DNA of 64,000 nucleotides, taken from Pseudomonadota bacterium (GTDB lineage Bacteria; Pseudomonadota; Alphaproteobacteria; Sphingomonadales; Sphingomonadaceae). Below the pieces are notes generated by a model. It saw only the letters and a list, made by a program, of their open reading frames with translations. It was not told the DNA's origin and made no database searches. This document shows, piece after piece, positions 26,194-36,167 of the stretch. Location of the stretch: contig JAJZTH010000016.1 of assembly GCA_021849075.1 (NCBI GenBank), positions 1,505 through 65,504 on the forward strand, read 5' to 3'. The stretch's first letter is position 1, and each line of letters starts with the position of its first letter. A program made the position numbers and the translations under genes.

Positions 26194-28632
26194 ATGAACA
26201 AGATCCAAAATTACCGCCGTATCGCGACGGCCAGTGCGATGGTGAGCGCGGTCGCCATGATCGCCGCCACATCCGGGGCATGGGCGCAGGACGCCGCCGC
26301 TGTTGCCGATGCCGGCGTGCAGGCCGCGCCGCAGGAAACCGACGCAGCGGTTCCGGGCGAGATCGTCGTCACCGCACAGAAGCGCGCCGAACGTCTGGTT
26401 CAGGTGCCGCTGGCCGTGACCGCCGTGACCGGGGAATCGCTGGTCAACAATCAGATCAACGACACCAACAGCCTGACCCGCGCGGTTCCCTCGCTCACCT
26501 TTCAGGCGGGCAATAACCCCGGCAATAACGGCTTCCGCATCCGTGGCGTCGGGACCCAACTGTTCAGTTTCGGCGTGGAATCGGCCGTTTCGGTCGTGGT
26601 CGATGGCGTTGTCGCGCCGCGTCAGGCGCAGGGCTTTTCCGACCTTGCCGATCTGGAGAGGGTCGAAGTGCTGCGCGGCCCGCAGGGCACGTTGTTCGGC
26701 AAGAATTCGACCGCCGGCGTTATCAACATCGTTACGCAGCGCCCGTCCGACACGTTTGAAGGCCGGATCGAAGGCACAGTGGCCGAACAGGACGAATATC
26801 GCGTAAAGGGCACCGTTTCCGGCCCGATCAGCGACACGCTCAAGGCGCGCGTCAGCGGCTATTATAATGATGTCGGCGGCTATCTGAACAATGTCGCCAC
26901 CGGCAACGACACCAATGGCTACAAGAGCTGGGGCATCCGCGGCAAGCTGGACTGGGATGCGACGCCCAACCTCAACCTGCTGCTGACCGGCGACTATCGC
27001 GAAAATGACGCGAAATGCTGTTCGCGCGTGCCGGTCAAGATCGTGACCCCCGCGATGCAGACCTTGCTGGGTCCCGATGTCGTCGCGACGCCGGAAAACC
27101 GCAACGTCTCCAACGATGATATGAGCTTCTTCAAGACGAAGACGACGATCGTGTCGTTGCAGGCGGACTGGGATCTGGGTCCTGCGACCGTCACCTCCAT
27201 CACCGCCTTCCAGCGCTATGACCAGCGCGATCGTTTCGAGCCGGATCAGATCGCGTCCGACCCGCTGCGTTATGTCGGCGCCTTCCCCTATTCGCAGTGG
27301 AACGACAACGGATCACACGTCAGCTACAATAATTATTCCGAAGAGTTGCGGATCGGGTCCAACGGCAATCAGGATCTGACCTATGTCGCGGGCGTCTTCT
27401 ATTCGCACCTCGACCTTGACCGCAGCTATAATCGCCGTCGCCTGCGCTGTGGCAGCGGCACGATCGGCGCGACCTGCGCTGTCACGCCGACGGCCGATTC
27501 CTCGGGCTTCGACGGCAATTTCAAGAGCGACAATGTCTCCGTCTTCGGCCAGGTCGACTGGCGCGTGGCCGGCGGGCTGCATGTCATCGGCGGCCTGCGC
27601 AACAGCTATGAAAAGCAGACCGTTACCGGCTCTGTGGTCGGCCCGCTGGTCGCCGGCGACAATCTGTTCCCCGGCACCGTCCTCAACGCCGGCACCCGCT
27701 CGCGCAGCGACTGGGCGCTGACCGGCAAGGGCGGCCTGCGCTATGAATTCAACCGCAACCTTCAGGTTTACGGGTCCTACACCCGCGGTTATAAAGCGTT
27801 CGCGCTCGACATCGACGTGTCCACCAACTTCGCGACCCAGAACGGCATCGCGCCCGAACATGTCAACGCCTATGAACTGGGCGCCAAGTGGCAGGCGCCC
27901 GGCGGCGTGTTCGACATCAGCGCCGCGCTGTTCCGGTCGGACTTCCGCAATCTTCAGGTCCAGTCGCTCGTCACCGACGTCGCATTGGGCACCTTCATCA
28001 CGGTGCTGGGCAATGCCGGCAAGTCGCGCTCGCAGGGTTTCGAGGTGGAAGCCAATATCCGTCCGTCGCGTGAATTCTCGGTCGCGGCCAACTTCACCCT
28101 GATCGATGCGAATATCGACGTGCCGGGTCAGAGCTGCCCGATCCAGTTGCAGACCGGCGTCGCCGCCTACAGCAGCAATTTCCCGGTCAACCAATGCTAT
28201 ATCCGTAGCACTACGGTGAATGGCGTCACCACCAACAGCAGCCCGATCATCGATGTGACCGGTGGTCAGTTGCCCGCCACGCCGCGCTATCGGGTGGGTG
28301 TGACGCCGCGGTACGAGCGGGAATTCGGCAATCTGGCTGGCTTCGTGCAGGTCGCGCTCAACTATCAGAGCGACACCAGCTTCGCGCTCAACCAGGACCC
28401 CATGCTCAAGCAGGACGGCTATGCCATCGTCGACGCCAGCGTGGGCATTCGCGATGCGGACAGCCGCTGGAACCTGACCCTGTTCGTGCGCAACCTGTTC
28501 GACCAGAATTACTATACCCAGCTCAACCACGGCACGATCCTGGCGAACACCACCAACGCCTATGATCTGTGGGCCAATGTCAACAAGGATGCCGACCGTT
28601 ACTTCGGTGCGACCTTCGGGGTTCGCTTTTAA
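26194..28632 (+). CDS. TonB-dependent receptor (non-siderophore, carbohydrate-type context)
   Basis: Signal peptide, EIVVTAQKRAERLVQVP TonB-box/plug region, and a C-terminal YFGATFGVRF beta-signal. Confidence 0.9.
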   Translation: MNKIQNYRRIATASAMVSAVAMIAATSGAWAQDAAAVADAGVQAAPQETDAAVPGEIVVTAQKRAERLVQVPLAVTAVTGESLVNNQINDTNSLTRAVPSLTFQAGNNPGNNGFRIRGVGTQLFSFGVESAVSVVVDGVVAPRQAQGFSDLADLERVEVLRGPQGTLFGKNSTAGVINIVTQRPSDTFEGRIEGTVAEQDEYRVKGTVSGPISDTLKARVSGYYNDVGGYLNNVATGNDTNGYKSWGIRGKLDWDATPNLNLLLTGDYRENDAKCCSRVPVKIVTPAMQTLLGPDVVATPENRNVSNDDMSFFKTKTTIVSLQADWDLGPATVTSITAFQRYDQRDRFEPDQIASDPLRYVGAFPYSQWNDNGSHVSYNNYSEELRIGSNGNQDLTYVAGVFYSHLDLDRSYNRRRLRCGSGTIGATCAVTPTADSSGFDGNFKSDNVSVFGQVDWRVAGGLHVIGGLRNSYEKQTVTGSVVGPLVAGDNLFPGTVLNAGTRSRSDWALTGKGGLRYEFNRNLQVYGSYTRGYKAFALDIDVSTNFATQNGIAPEHVNAYELGAKWQAPGGVFDISAALFRSDFRNLQVQSLVTDVALGTFITVLGNAGKSRSQGFEVEANIRPSREFSVAANFTLIDANIDVPGQSCPIQLQTGVAAYSSNFPVNQCYIRSTTVNGVTTNSSPIIDVTGGQLPATPRYRVGVTPRYEREFGNLAGFVQVALNYQSDTSFALNQDPMLKQDGYAIVDASVGIRDADSRWNLTLFVRNLFDQNYYTQLNHGTILANTTNAYDLWANVNKDADRYFGATFGVRF

Positions 28633-28712
28633 AATCGCACCGACCCATCCCCCCGGCCGCCATGCCCTGTGGCCGGGGGGATCGCCTTTTCTGATCGTTT
28701 GAAAGGATCCGC

Positions 28713-30430
28713 ATGACCGTAAAGCGCCTTTTTTCCCTGCTCGCAGGCATGACGGCGCTGGCGGGCTTCAATTCTGCGGCGCTGGCGAAGCCCGCATCCC
28801 ATCCGCAGCCCAATATCGTGCTGATCGTGATGGACGATACCGGCTATTCGGATTTTGGCGCGTTCGGATCGGAAATCCGCACCCCTAATATCGATGCGCT
28901 GGCGGCCGGCGGGTTGCGCTACACCCGGTTCGAAAGCCGGGCCATATGTTCGCCCACGCGCGCATCTCTGCTGACCGGGCGCAACAATCACAGCATCGGC
29001 ATGGCGGACCTGACCGCTACGAAGCTGAGCGGTGGCGGGACCGGCAAGGATTCGGGCATATTGGCCGCCAATGCGCAGACTTTGCCGCAGGCATTGCGCG
29101 CCAAGGGATACGCCACCTACGCCATCGGCAAATGGCATCTGGCCCCCGATACGGAGGATGGCGCGGCCGGTAATAACGGCAACTGGCCGTTGCAGCGCGG
29201 CTTCGACTATTTTTACGGCTTCCTGCCCGGCTGGGACGATCAATATCAGCCCACGCTGGCGGAAGATAATCGGGTGATCGGCAAGCCGACCGATCCGGCC
29301 TATCATTTCTCCCGCGCGATCGTGGACAAGGCGGTGGAAAAGCTGAACGGCAGCGGCGACAAGCCGGCCTTTCTCTATCTCGCCTTTGGCGCGACCCATG
29401 CGCCGATTCAGGTGCCGGCCGCCTATATTGATCGTTATGCCGGCATTTATGAACAGGGCTGGGATGCGATCCGCGCCGAACGGCTGGCGCGGCAGAAGCG
29501 GCTGGGCATCGTGCCCGCCGACACCATGCTGCCGCCCGCCAATCCGGGCGATCGCGCCTGGGCCAGCCTGAACCCGGTCGAAAAGCAGGTCTATGCCCGT
29601 TATATGGCGACCTATGCCGGTTTTCTGGAGCATGCCGACGAACAGATTGGCCGCCTGATCCAGAGCCTGAAGGCCAGTGGCCGATACGACAATACGCTGT
29701 TCATCCTGCTGTCGGACAATGGCGCCGGGTCGGAAGGCGGGGCGCTTTTGGCAAACTTTATCCGCCCAATCATCCCGATCCCGCCGGTCTGGTCGACAAG
29801 CTGCCGCAATTCGGTAAGGCGCTGATCGAATATCAGCGCCCCTGGGCGATGGCGAGCGTGTCGCCGCTGCGCCGGTACAAGGCATGGCCCTATGCCGGCG
29901 GCATTCGCACACCGATGATCGTCAGCTGGCCGGGCCATATCGCCGATCCGGGCGGCATTCGACGCCAGTTTGTCGACGCGATCGACATTGCGCCGACGCT
30001 GGCGCAGGCGGCCGGCGCGTCCTTCGCAACGCAGGTGGATGGCCAGCGCCAGATCCCGGTTGCGGGGCGCAGCTTTGCCGGCACCATCGCTTCTGCCGCA
30101 GCGCCCGATCCGCGCGCCGTGCAATATTTCGAACTGCGCGGCAATCGCGCGATCCGGCAGGGCCGTTGGCGCGCCGTGTCGGTCCATAAGCTTGGCCAGT
30201 CCTTCGACGCGGACACATGGTCGCTGTTCGACACCGATCGCGATTTTGCCGAAGCTGATGATGTCGCCGCGCAGCACCCGGCGGTCGTCGCGCGCCTGAA
30301 GGCGCTGTGGCAGCAGGAGGCCGCCCGTTATGGCGCCTTGCCGCTCAGCGAAGGACCGGACTATGTTCGCAAGCTTGATCGCTATCGCGACGAATTTCTC
30401 GCTGCCGGTGACGATGGAAACGGCAATTGA
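28713..30430 (+). pseudogene. Arylsulfatase (type I, formylglycine-dependent) interrupted by a -1 frameshift
   Basis: ORF 28713-29825 has a signal peptide plus IVMDDTGYSDFG and CSPTRASLLTGR. ORF 29849-30430 has WPYAGGIRTPMIVSWPG. The downstream frame reads back without a stop (...GAFGKLYPPNHPDPAGLVDKLPQFGKALIEYQRPWAMASVSPL) to about 29745. The frames switch near the G4/T4 runs at 29739-29749. Confidence 0.8.
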
Positions 30431-31812
30431 TGGGGATGATGCGTTACCTGTTCGGTTTGCTGGGCGTCGTGGCCGCGCTCGCCACGCCGGTTGCGCTCGC
30501 AGCGCCGGCCAAGCCGCGCGTCATCGTCCTCACCGACATCGGCAATGAACCCGACGACAGCGAAAGCTTGGTCCGCTTCCTGCTCTATGCGAATGAATTT
30601 GACGTAGAGGGGCTGGTCGCCACCACCTCAACCTGGCAGCGGGACAAGGTTCGCACCGACCTCATCACCCAGCGGATCGACGCTTATGAGACAGTGCGCC
30701 CCAATCTGATCCGTCATGCGCCGGGCTATCCCACGGCGGCGGCGCTGCGTGGCGTGGTGCGCGCGGGTGCGGCGCACTATGGCATGGCGGGCGTGGGCGA
30801 TGGCAAGGATAGCGATGCGTCCCGCCTGATCATCGCCGCAGTAGATCGGGCTGACGACCGGCCGGTCTGGGTGCTGGCCTGGGGCGGGGTGGTCGATCTG
30901 GCGCAGGCGCTCTGGTCGGTGCGCGCCACCCGCACGCCCGAACAGCTGGCCGCCTTCCTCGCCAAGCTGCGCGTCTATTCCATTTCCGATCAGGATAATG
31001 CCGGGCCATGGGCGCGGCATGAATTTCCGGGGCTATTCTGGATCGCCAGCATTCATGGCTGGGGCCAGTACAACATGGCGACATGGAGCGGGATTTCGAG
31101 CGACCGGCGTAATGCCGATCGCTGGCCCGATCGGGACATGGTGCTCGACCCCTGGCTGGAGGCGAACATAAGGCGCGGGCCGCTGGGCCAGCTGTATCCG
31201 CTACCCGAATTCATCATGGAAGGGGATACGCCCGCCTTCCTTCACCTGATCCCCAATGGCCTTGGCGATCCCGAACGGCCCGACTGGGGCGGTTGGGGCG
31301 GGCGTTATATGCGCGCCGCGCCCGATATGGGGCTGTTCACCGACGTAAAGGACAGTTTCGAACGGGACGGGACCGTGTGGAACGGCAACCAGGCGTCGGT
31401 CTATCGCTGGCGCGCCGCCTTCCAGAATGATTTCGCCGCGCGCATGGCATGGACCTTGTCCCCCCGTTATCGCGACGCCAATCATGCGCCTACGGTTATG
31501 GTTCAGGGGCAGGGCGGTCTGGACCCCATCCATATCACTGCGCGCGCCGGCGCGGTGCTGACGCTGGACGCCGCCGGCACGCGCGATCCCGACGGCAACG
31601 CCGTACAACTCCGCTGGTGGCAATATCGCGAAGTGGGCGGCATTCCGCCCCAGCCGCCCGTCACCATTGAAAGCCCCGATGCGCTGCGCACCCGCATCAC
31701 CCTGCCGCAGGTCGCCGCGCCCCGCACCATCCATCTGATCGCGCAGGCGCGTGACGATGGCGCCCCCGCCTTGACCGGCTATCGCCGGATCATCATCGAT
31801 ATTCAGCCCTGA
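30430..31812 (+). CDS. DUF1593-family (nucleoside-hydrolase-like N-domain) secreted protein
   Basis: Signal peptide, then PRVIVLTDIGNEPDDSESLVRFLLYANEFDVEGLVATTS. The start overlaps the sulfatase stop (TGATG). Confidence 0.75.
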   Translation: MGMMRYLFGLLGVVAALATPVALAAPAKPRVIVLTDIGNEPDDSESLVRFLLYANEFDVEGLVATTSTWQRDKVRTDLITQRIDAYETVRPNLIRHAPGYPTAAALRGVVRAGAAHYGMAGVGDGKDSDASRLIIAAVDRADDRPVWVLAWGGVVDLAQALWSVRATRTPEQLAAFLAKLRVYSISDQDNAGPWARHEFPGLFWIASIHGWGQYNMATWSGISSDRRNADRWPDRDMVLDPWLEANIRRGPLGQLYPLPEFIMEGDTPAFLHLIPNGLGDPERPDWGGWGGRYMRAAPDMGLFTDVKDSFERDGTVWNGNQASVYRWRAAFQNDFAARMAWTLSPRYRDANHAPTVMVQGQGGLDPIHITARAGAVLTLDAAGTRDPDGNAVQLRWWQYREVGGIPPQPPVTIESPDALRTRITLPQVAAPRTIHLIAQARDDGAPALTGYRRIIIDIQP

Positions 31813-31829
31813 ACAGCACGGGAAGACAG

Positions 31830-33179
31830 ATGTCGCAAACAGCCACCGACCAGACGCCATGGCCCTCCGCAGGGCGGGCCTGGTCTATCGCCATCATCCT
31901 GATGCTCGCCAACACGTTGGCCTTTGTCGATCGGCAGGCGCTGGCCCTGCTGGTGCAGCCGATCAAGCAGGATCTGCATATTTCGGACACCGCGATCAGC
32001 CTGCTCTATGGGCTTAGCTTCACGCTTTTCTATGTCGCCGTCGGCCTGCCGATTGCGCGCATCGCCGACCGTTCCAATCGCCGCAACATCGTGGCCGGCG
32101 CGATTTTCGTGTGGAGCGTGGCGACCAGCCTGTGCGGACTGGCGCGCAGCTTCACCACCCTGTTCATGGCCCGCGTGGGCGTGGGCGCAGGGGAGGGCGG
32201 GCTGACCCCGGCCGCCTATTCGCTATTGTCCGACACCTTCCCCAAGGAAAGGCTGGCGCTGGCGATGGGCGTCTATCAGATGGGGCTGTATCTGGGCAGC
32301 GCGGCGGCGCTGGTGATTGGCGGCCTTATCTCCACCGTCATTCCGCCCAGTTCCACCGTGATCCTGCCGGTGCTGGGCGCGATGAAGGGGTGGCAGCTGG
32401 TCTTCTTCCTGCTCGGCATTCCCGGCATCGCCCTCGCCGCGCTGACGCTCACCATCCGCGAACCGCTGCGCCGGGGCGTTGCGCCCACGCAGGCCAGCGT
32501 GCCGCTGAGCCAGTTCTTCGCCCACGTCGGCGCGCATCGCAAAGCCTATATCGGCATCATGCTGGGCTTTGCCCTGATGATCCTGGTCGGCAACGGGACG
32601 GCGGTGTGGATTCCCGCCTTCTTCGAACGGCGCTTTGGCTGGACCACGGCGGAAGTGGGCAAGCTTTATGGCCCGGTCGTCTTCTTCTGCGGCATGAGCG
32701 GCGCGCTGGCGGGCGGCCTGTTCGCCTCCTGGCTGCGCAAGCGCGGGGCGGCGCACGCCAATTTGCAGGCGTCGCTTGCCGGCTTCATCATCCTGATCCC
32801 GATCACCATCGCCTTCCCGCTGATGCCCACGCCTGCGCTGGCGCTGACGCTGATCGGCCTGATGAACTTTTTTGCCGGCTTCAATTTCGGCGGCGGGCTG
32901 GCGGCGTTGCAGGAAATGACGCCCAATCGGATGCGCGCGCTGATGTCGGCCGCCTATATGCTGACCATTAACCTGATCGGCGCGGCATTGGGACCAACGG
33001 CGATCGCGCTCGTCACCGATTACTGGTTCCACAATCCCAACGATCTGCATCTGGCGATTTCGCTGGTCTGCGCCGTCGCCTCGCCGCTGTCGGTGGTGAT
33101 GCTGTGGATCGGCCTGAAAGCGTATCGCGACATGGGTCGCGCCGCCGTCAATCCGGTTGCCAGCCCAGTTGCAGGCTGA
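31830..33179 (+). CDS. MFS transporter (spinster-like/sugar-acid type)
   Basis: 12-TM-like hydrophobic pattern with motifs ADRSNRRN and GVGAGEGG. Confidence 0.85.
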   Translation: MSQTATDQTPWPSAGRAWSIAIILMLANTLAFVDRQALALLVQPIKQDLHISDTAISLLYGLSFTLFYVAVGLPIARIADRSNRRNIVAGAIFVWSVATSLCGLARSFTTLFMARVGVGAGEGGLTPAAYSLLSDTFPKERLALAMGVYQMGLYLGSAAALVIGGLISTVIPPSSTVILPVLGAMKGWQLVFFLLGIPGIALAALTLTIREPLRRGVAPTQASVPLSQFFAHVGAHRKAYIGIMLGFALMILVGNGTAVWIPAFFERRFGWTTAEVGKLYGPVVFFCGMSGALAGGLFASWLRKRGAAHANLQASLAGFIILIPITIAFPLMPTPALALTLIGLMNFFAGFNFGGGLAALQEMTPNRMRALMSAAYMLTINLIGAALGPTAIALVTDYWFHNPNDLHLAISLVCAVASPLSVVMLWIGLKAYRDMGRAAVNPVASPVAG

Positions 33180-33936
33180 GGTCATGGCATAGCTGGCCCA
33201 GCTCTTCCGCCATGGCTTCGTTTCTGGCGGCGGGGCTGGTGCCGGGGAACAGCGCTGTCGCCGACAGGATTGCCCGGTTTTGCAGGTCAAAAATCGGGAA
33301 GGCGATGGCGCGCAGGCCGGGGATCATCGTCCCTTCCACCCGCGCGCGTCCTTCGGCGGTCACACGGCCGCGGATGGCGTCCACATCGTCCTTCGTCAGC
33401 GTGGTCGCCCCCAGTTCGGCCGCAACCAGATGATCGATATAGGCGGGCGGCGAGAAGCTGAGGAAAATATGCCCGGTCGCCGACGTCAGCATCGGCAGCA
33501 CCGATCCGACGTTGAAGGATGTCATCACCGGCGGGCGACCCATCAGCCAGCGGATGATGGTGGGGCCTAATGGACCCAAGGCTGCGACCTGCACCGTCTG
33601 GCCGGTGCGTTCGGCAAAGGCGCTGATCGCTTCATTGGTGATGCGAAAGGCGTCGATCCGCGCCAACGCGCCCAGGCCCAGTTGCAGGGCGGCGGGGCCA
33701 AGATCATAGCGGCCGGTCTGTTCATTCTGCTGCGCCATGCCGCTCGCGATCAGGCTGGCGAGATAGCGATGCGCCTGCGACGGGGAAATGTCGGACGCCT
33801 GAGCGATGGCCCCTAGCGTCGATGCGCTGCCCAGCGAGGCGAGCGCCTGTAACACATGCATGCCGATTTCGACCGACTGGATGCCCCGGCGGCGGCCGGC
33901 ATTTATGTCTTCCGCCTTCTTGTCTTCTTTTTGCAT
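33148..33936 (-). CDS. IclR-family transcriptional regulator
   Basis: N-terminal wHTH GIQSVEIGMHVLQALASLGSASTLGAIAQASDISPSQAHRYL plus an IclR effector domain. The 3' end overlaps the MFS 3' end by 32 nt. Confidence 0.85.
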   Translation of the reverse strand: MQKEDKKAEDINAGRRRGIQSVEIGMHVLQALASLGSASTLGAIAQASDISPSQAHRYLASLIASGMAQQNEQTGRYDLGPAALQLGLGALARIDAFRITNEAISAFAERTGQTVQVAALGPLGPTIIRWLMGRPPVMTSFNVGSVLPMLTSATGHIFLSFSPPAYIDHLVAAELGATTLTKDDVDAIRGRVTAEGRARVEGTMIPGLRAIAFPIFDLQNRAILSATALFPGTSPAARNEAMAEELGQLCHDLSLQLGWQPD

Positions 33937-33937
33937 T

Positions 33938-34969
33938 TCAGGTCGATTCCCGTTCGATCACCGTAAAGCCCATCTGTTCCGACAGGGGCTGGTCTGGTCG
34001 GCCGCCTTCGCGATGGCGTGCGACCATGATTTCGGTCGCACGTTCGGCCATATGGTCGATTTCCTGTCGCACGGTCGTCAGCGGTGGCCAGATTTTGACG
34101 GCGATGGGCGCATCGTCGAAACCCGCGACGGCCAGATCCTGCGGGATGCGCAGGCCCCGCTGGTGCGCGATCAGGCTGACGGCGGCGGCCATGTCGTCAT
34201 TGCTGGCGAAGATGGCGGTGGGCGGTTCGGGCAGATCGAGCAGCGCGGCTGCCGCCGCAAGGCCGGATTCGAAACTGAAATCGCCCGGCTGCACCAACGC
34301 AGGGTCGGCATCGATGCCATGGGCGGCGAGGGCCTGTCTGTAGCCAACAAGTCGGCGGGCGGCGGCGCTGTGCGTGCTCGCCCCAGTGACAAAGCCGATG
34401 CGCCGATGACGACGCCCGATCAGATGCTCGGTCATGGCGCGCGCCGCCGCCATTTCGTCCACGCTGATGCTGTCCATGTCAGGCAGCACGCCGCCATGGG
34501 CGATGGCGGCGATCGGCACCTGCAGTCCAGCGCAAAAGGCCGTGCCGGTCAGCACTTCGCTATAGGGCGGGGCGAGCAATATCGCGTTGGCGCCGCTGCG
34601 CAGCAGGGAAGAAACGGCTTCGGTCGCATCTTCGGGCAGGAAGCTGTCGCATTTACGGATGATGACCTGCGCACCCAGTCGCGTGGCTGCATTCAGCGTG
34701 CCAACCAGCATCGCGCTCAGAAAGGCGTTTTGCGCGTTGCGATAAACGATGCCGATGCGCGTCGCTTGCGCCGAAGCCAGCGCGCGCGCCGCGACATTGG
34801 GCACATAGCCCAGCGCCTCGATCGCTGCGAGCACGGCGTCGCGGGTTTCCTCGCGCAGCTTCTTGGTGCCGTTGATGACGTGCGATACCGTCATGGCGGA
34901 CACGCCAGCGCGATCGGCCACCGCCTGCATCGTCACTGCCTGACCGGATTTTCTGGGTGTGCGCGCCAT
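33938..34969 (-). CDS. LacI-family transcriptional regulator
   Basis: VTMQAVADRAGVSAMTVSHVINGTKKLREETR HTH plus a periplasmic-binding-fold domain. 1-nt gap to the downstream iclR-type gene. Confidence 0.88.
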   Translation of the reverse strand: MARTPRKSGQAVTMQAVADRAGVSAMTVSHVINGTKKLREETRDAVLAAIEALGYVPNVAARALASAQATRIGIVYRNAQNAFLSAMLVGTLNAATRLGAQVIIRKCDSFLPEDATEAVSSLLRSGANAILLAPPYSEVLTGTAFCAGLQVPIAAIAHGGVLPDMDSISVDEMAAARAMTEHLIGRRHRRIGFVTGASTHSAAARRLVGYRQALAAHGIDADPALVQPGDFSFESGLAAAAALLDLPEPPTAIFASNDDMAAAVSLIAHQRGLRIPQDLAVAGFDDAPIAVKIWPPLTTVRQEIDHMAERATEIMVARHREGGRPDQPLSEQMGFTVIEREST

Positions 34970-35046
34970 GATTCCCCAATGTCGTCTGGCGATCCCGTTG
35001 CGGGGCCAGCCATAAATCCCCGTCATAAGCGAAGAAAACCACTTTG

Positions 35047-35103
35047 GCCAACAATTGGCTATTGCGTAAGCAATTTCTCTTTGGCAAAAAGTTTAGCGGT
35101 AAC
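35047..35103. promoter_or_regulatory. Cluster of three dyads upstream of the gentisate operon
   Basis: GCCAA-caa-TTGGC (35047-35059), ATTGC-gtaa-GCAAT (35061-35074) and GTTTAGCGGTAAC (35091-35103). The last matches the GTTTAGCGCTA motif at 25967 and 26103. Confidence 0.45.
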
Positions 35104-35120
35104 TCAATGGGAGAGGGTTC

Positions 35121-36167
35121 ATGGCCTTGGCCAACGACCAAAGGTCGCAACTGGAATCATTATATGCGCAGATGGCGCCCGATCATCTGACGCCCTTGTG
35201 GGAATCGCTGGCGCAGCTTGTGCGGCCGCAGCCCAAATCGCCCGCCCATGTCCATCGCTGGTCCTATGATGGCGCGCGCGCCTATCTGATGCGCGCGGGC
35301 GACCTGATCAGCGCGGAACAGGCCGAACGGCGCGTGCTGATCCTGGAAAATCCGGGGCTTGAAGGGCAATCGGCGATCACCCCCAGCCTTTATGCCGGGT
35401 TGCAGTTGATCCTGCCGGGGGAGGTCGCGCCCAGCCACCGTCATAGCCAGTGCGCGCTGCGCTTCGTGCTGGAAGGCGACGGCGCCTTCACCGCGCTGGA
35501 TGGGGAAAAGGCGATCATGCGCCCGTTCGATCTGGTGCTGACGCCGGGCGGCCAGTGGCACGACCATGGCAACCCGACCGATCAGCCGATGATCTGGCTC
35601 GATGGTCTGGATATTCCCACCGTACGCCATTTCGACGCCAGCTTCGCCGAGCATCTGGACGAAAAGGCGCATCGGGAGACGGTGCCGCCGGGCGACACGC
35701 TGGCGCGCTATGGCCATAATATGCGGCCGATGAAGGGGTCGCTGGCCGATCGCCGGCCCGCGCATCAGCCTTTGTTCCATTATCCCTATGCGCAGTGGCG
35801 GCCCGCGCTGGACGCGATGGCGGCATCGGCGCAGATCGACCCGCATCTGGGCCATGCGCTGGAATTTCTGAACCCGGCCGATGGCGGATCGGTGATGCCC
35901 ACCATTTCCGCGCATGTCCGCCTGATCCCCGCCGGTTTTGAAACGCAGCCGCGCCGTTCGACCGACGGCACCATCTTCGTGGTGGTGGAAGGGCGGGGCA
36001 CGGCGCTGGTCGAAGGACAGGAAATAGCCCTTCAACCGCGCGATATTTTCGTCATACCCTCCTGGCACGAACTGCGTCTGAAGGCGGACAGCGACCTGGT
36101 CCTGTTTGGCTATTCGGACAAGGCGGCTCAGGAAAAACTCTATCTCTACAAGGAGTTGAATGCGTGA
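35121..36167 (+). CDS. Gentisate 1,2-dioxygenase (bicupin)
   Basis: APSHRHSQCALRFVLEGDGAFTALDGEK...TPGGQWHDHGN cupin motif. Length 348 aa. Confidence 0.88.
   Translation: MALANDQRSQLESLYAQMAPDHLTPLWESLAQLVRPQPKSPAHVHRWSYDGARAYLMRAGDLISAEQAERRVLILENPGLEGQSAITPSLYAGLQLILPGEVAPSHRHSQCALRFVLEGDGAFTALDGEKAIMRPFDLVLTPGGQWHDHGNPTDQPMIWLDGLDIPTVRHFDASFAEHLDEKAHRETVPPGDTLARYGHNMRPMKGSLADRRPAHQPLFHYPYAQWRPALDAMAASAQIDPHLGHALEFLNPADGGSVMPTISAHVRLIPAGFETQPRRSTDGTIFVVVEGRGTALVEGQEIALQPRDIFVIPSWHELRLKADSDLVLFGYSDKAAQEKLYLYKELNA

Noticed and set aside
28713-30430. Calling 28713-29825 and 29849-30430 as two separate sulfatase-related genes
   Set aside because: Together they form one colinear type I sulfatase. 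The second frame is open and homologous-looking upstream of its first ATG, which indicates a frameshift rather than two genes.
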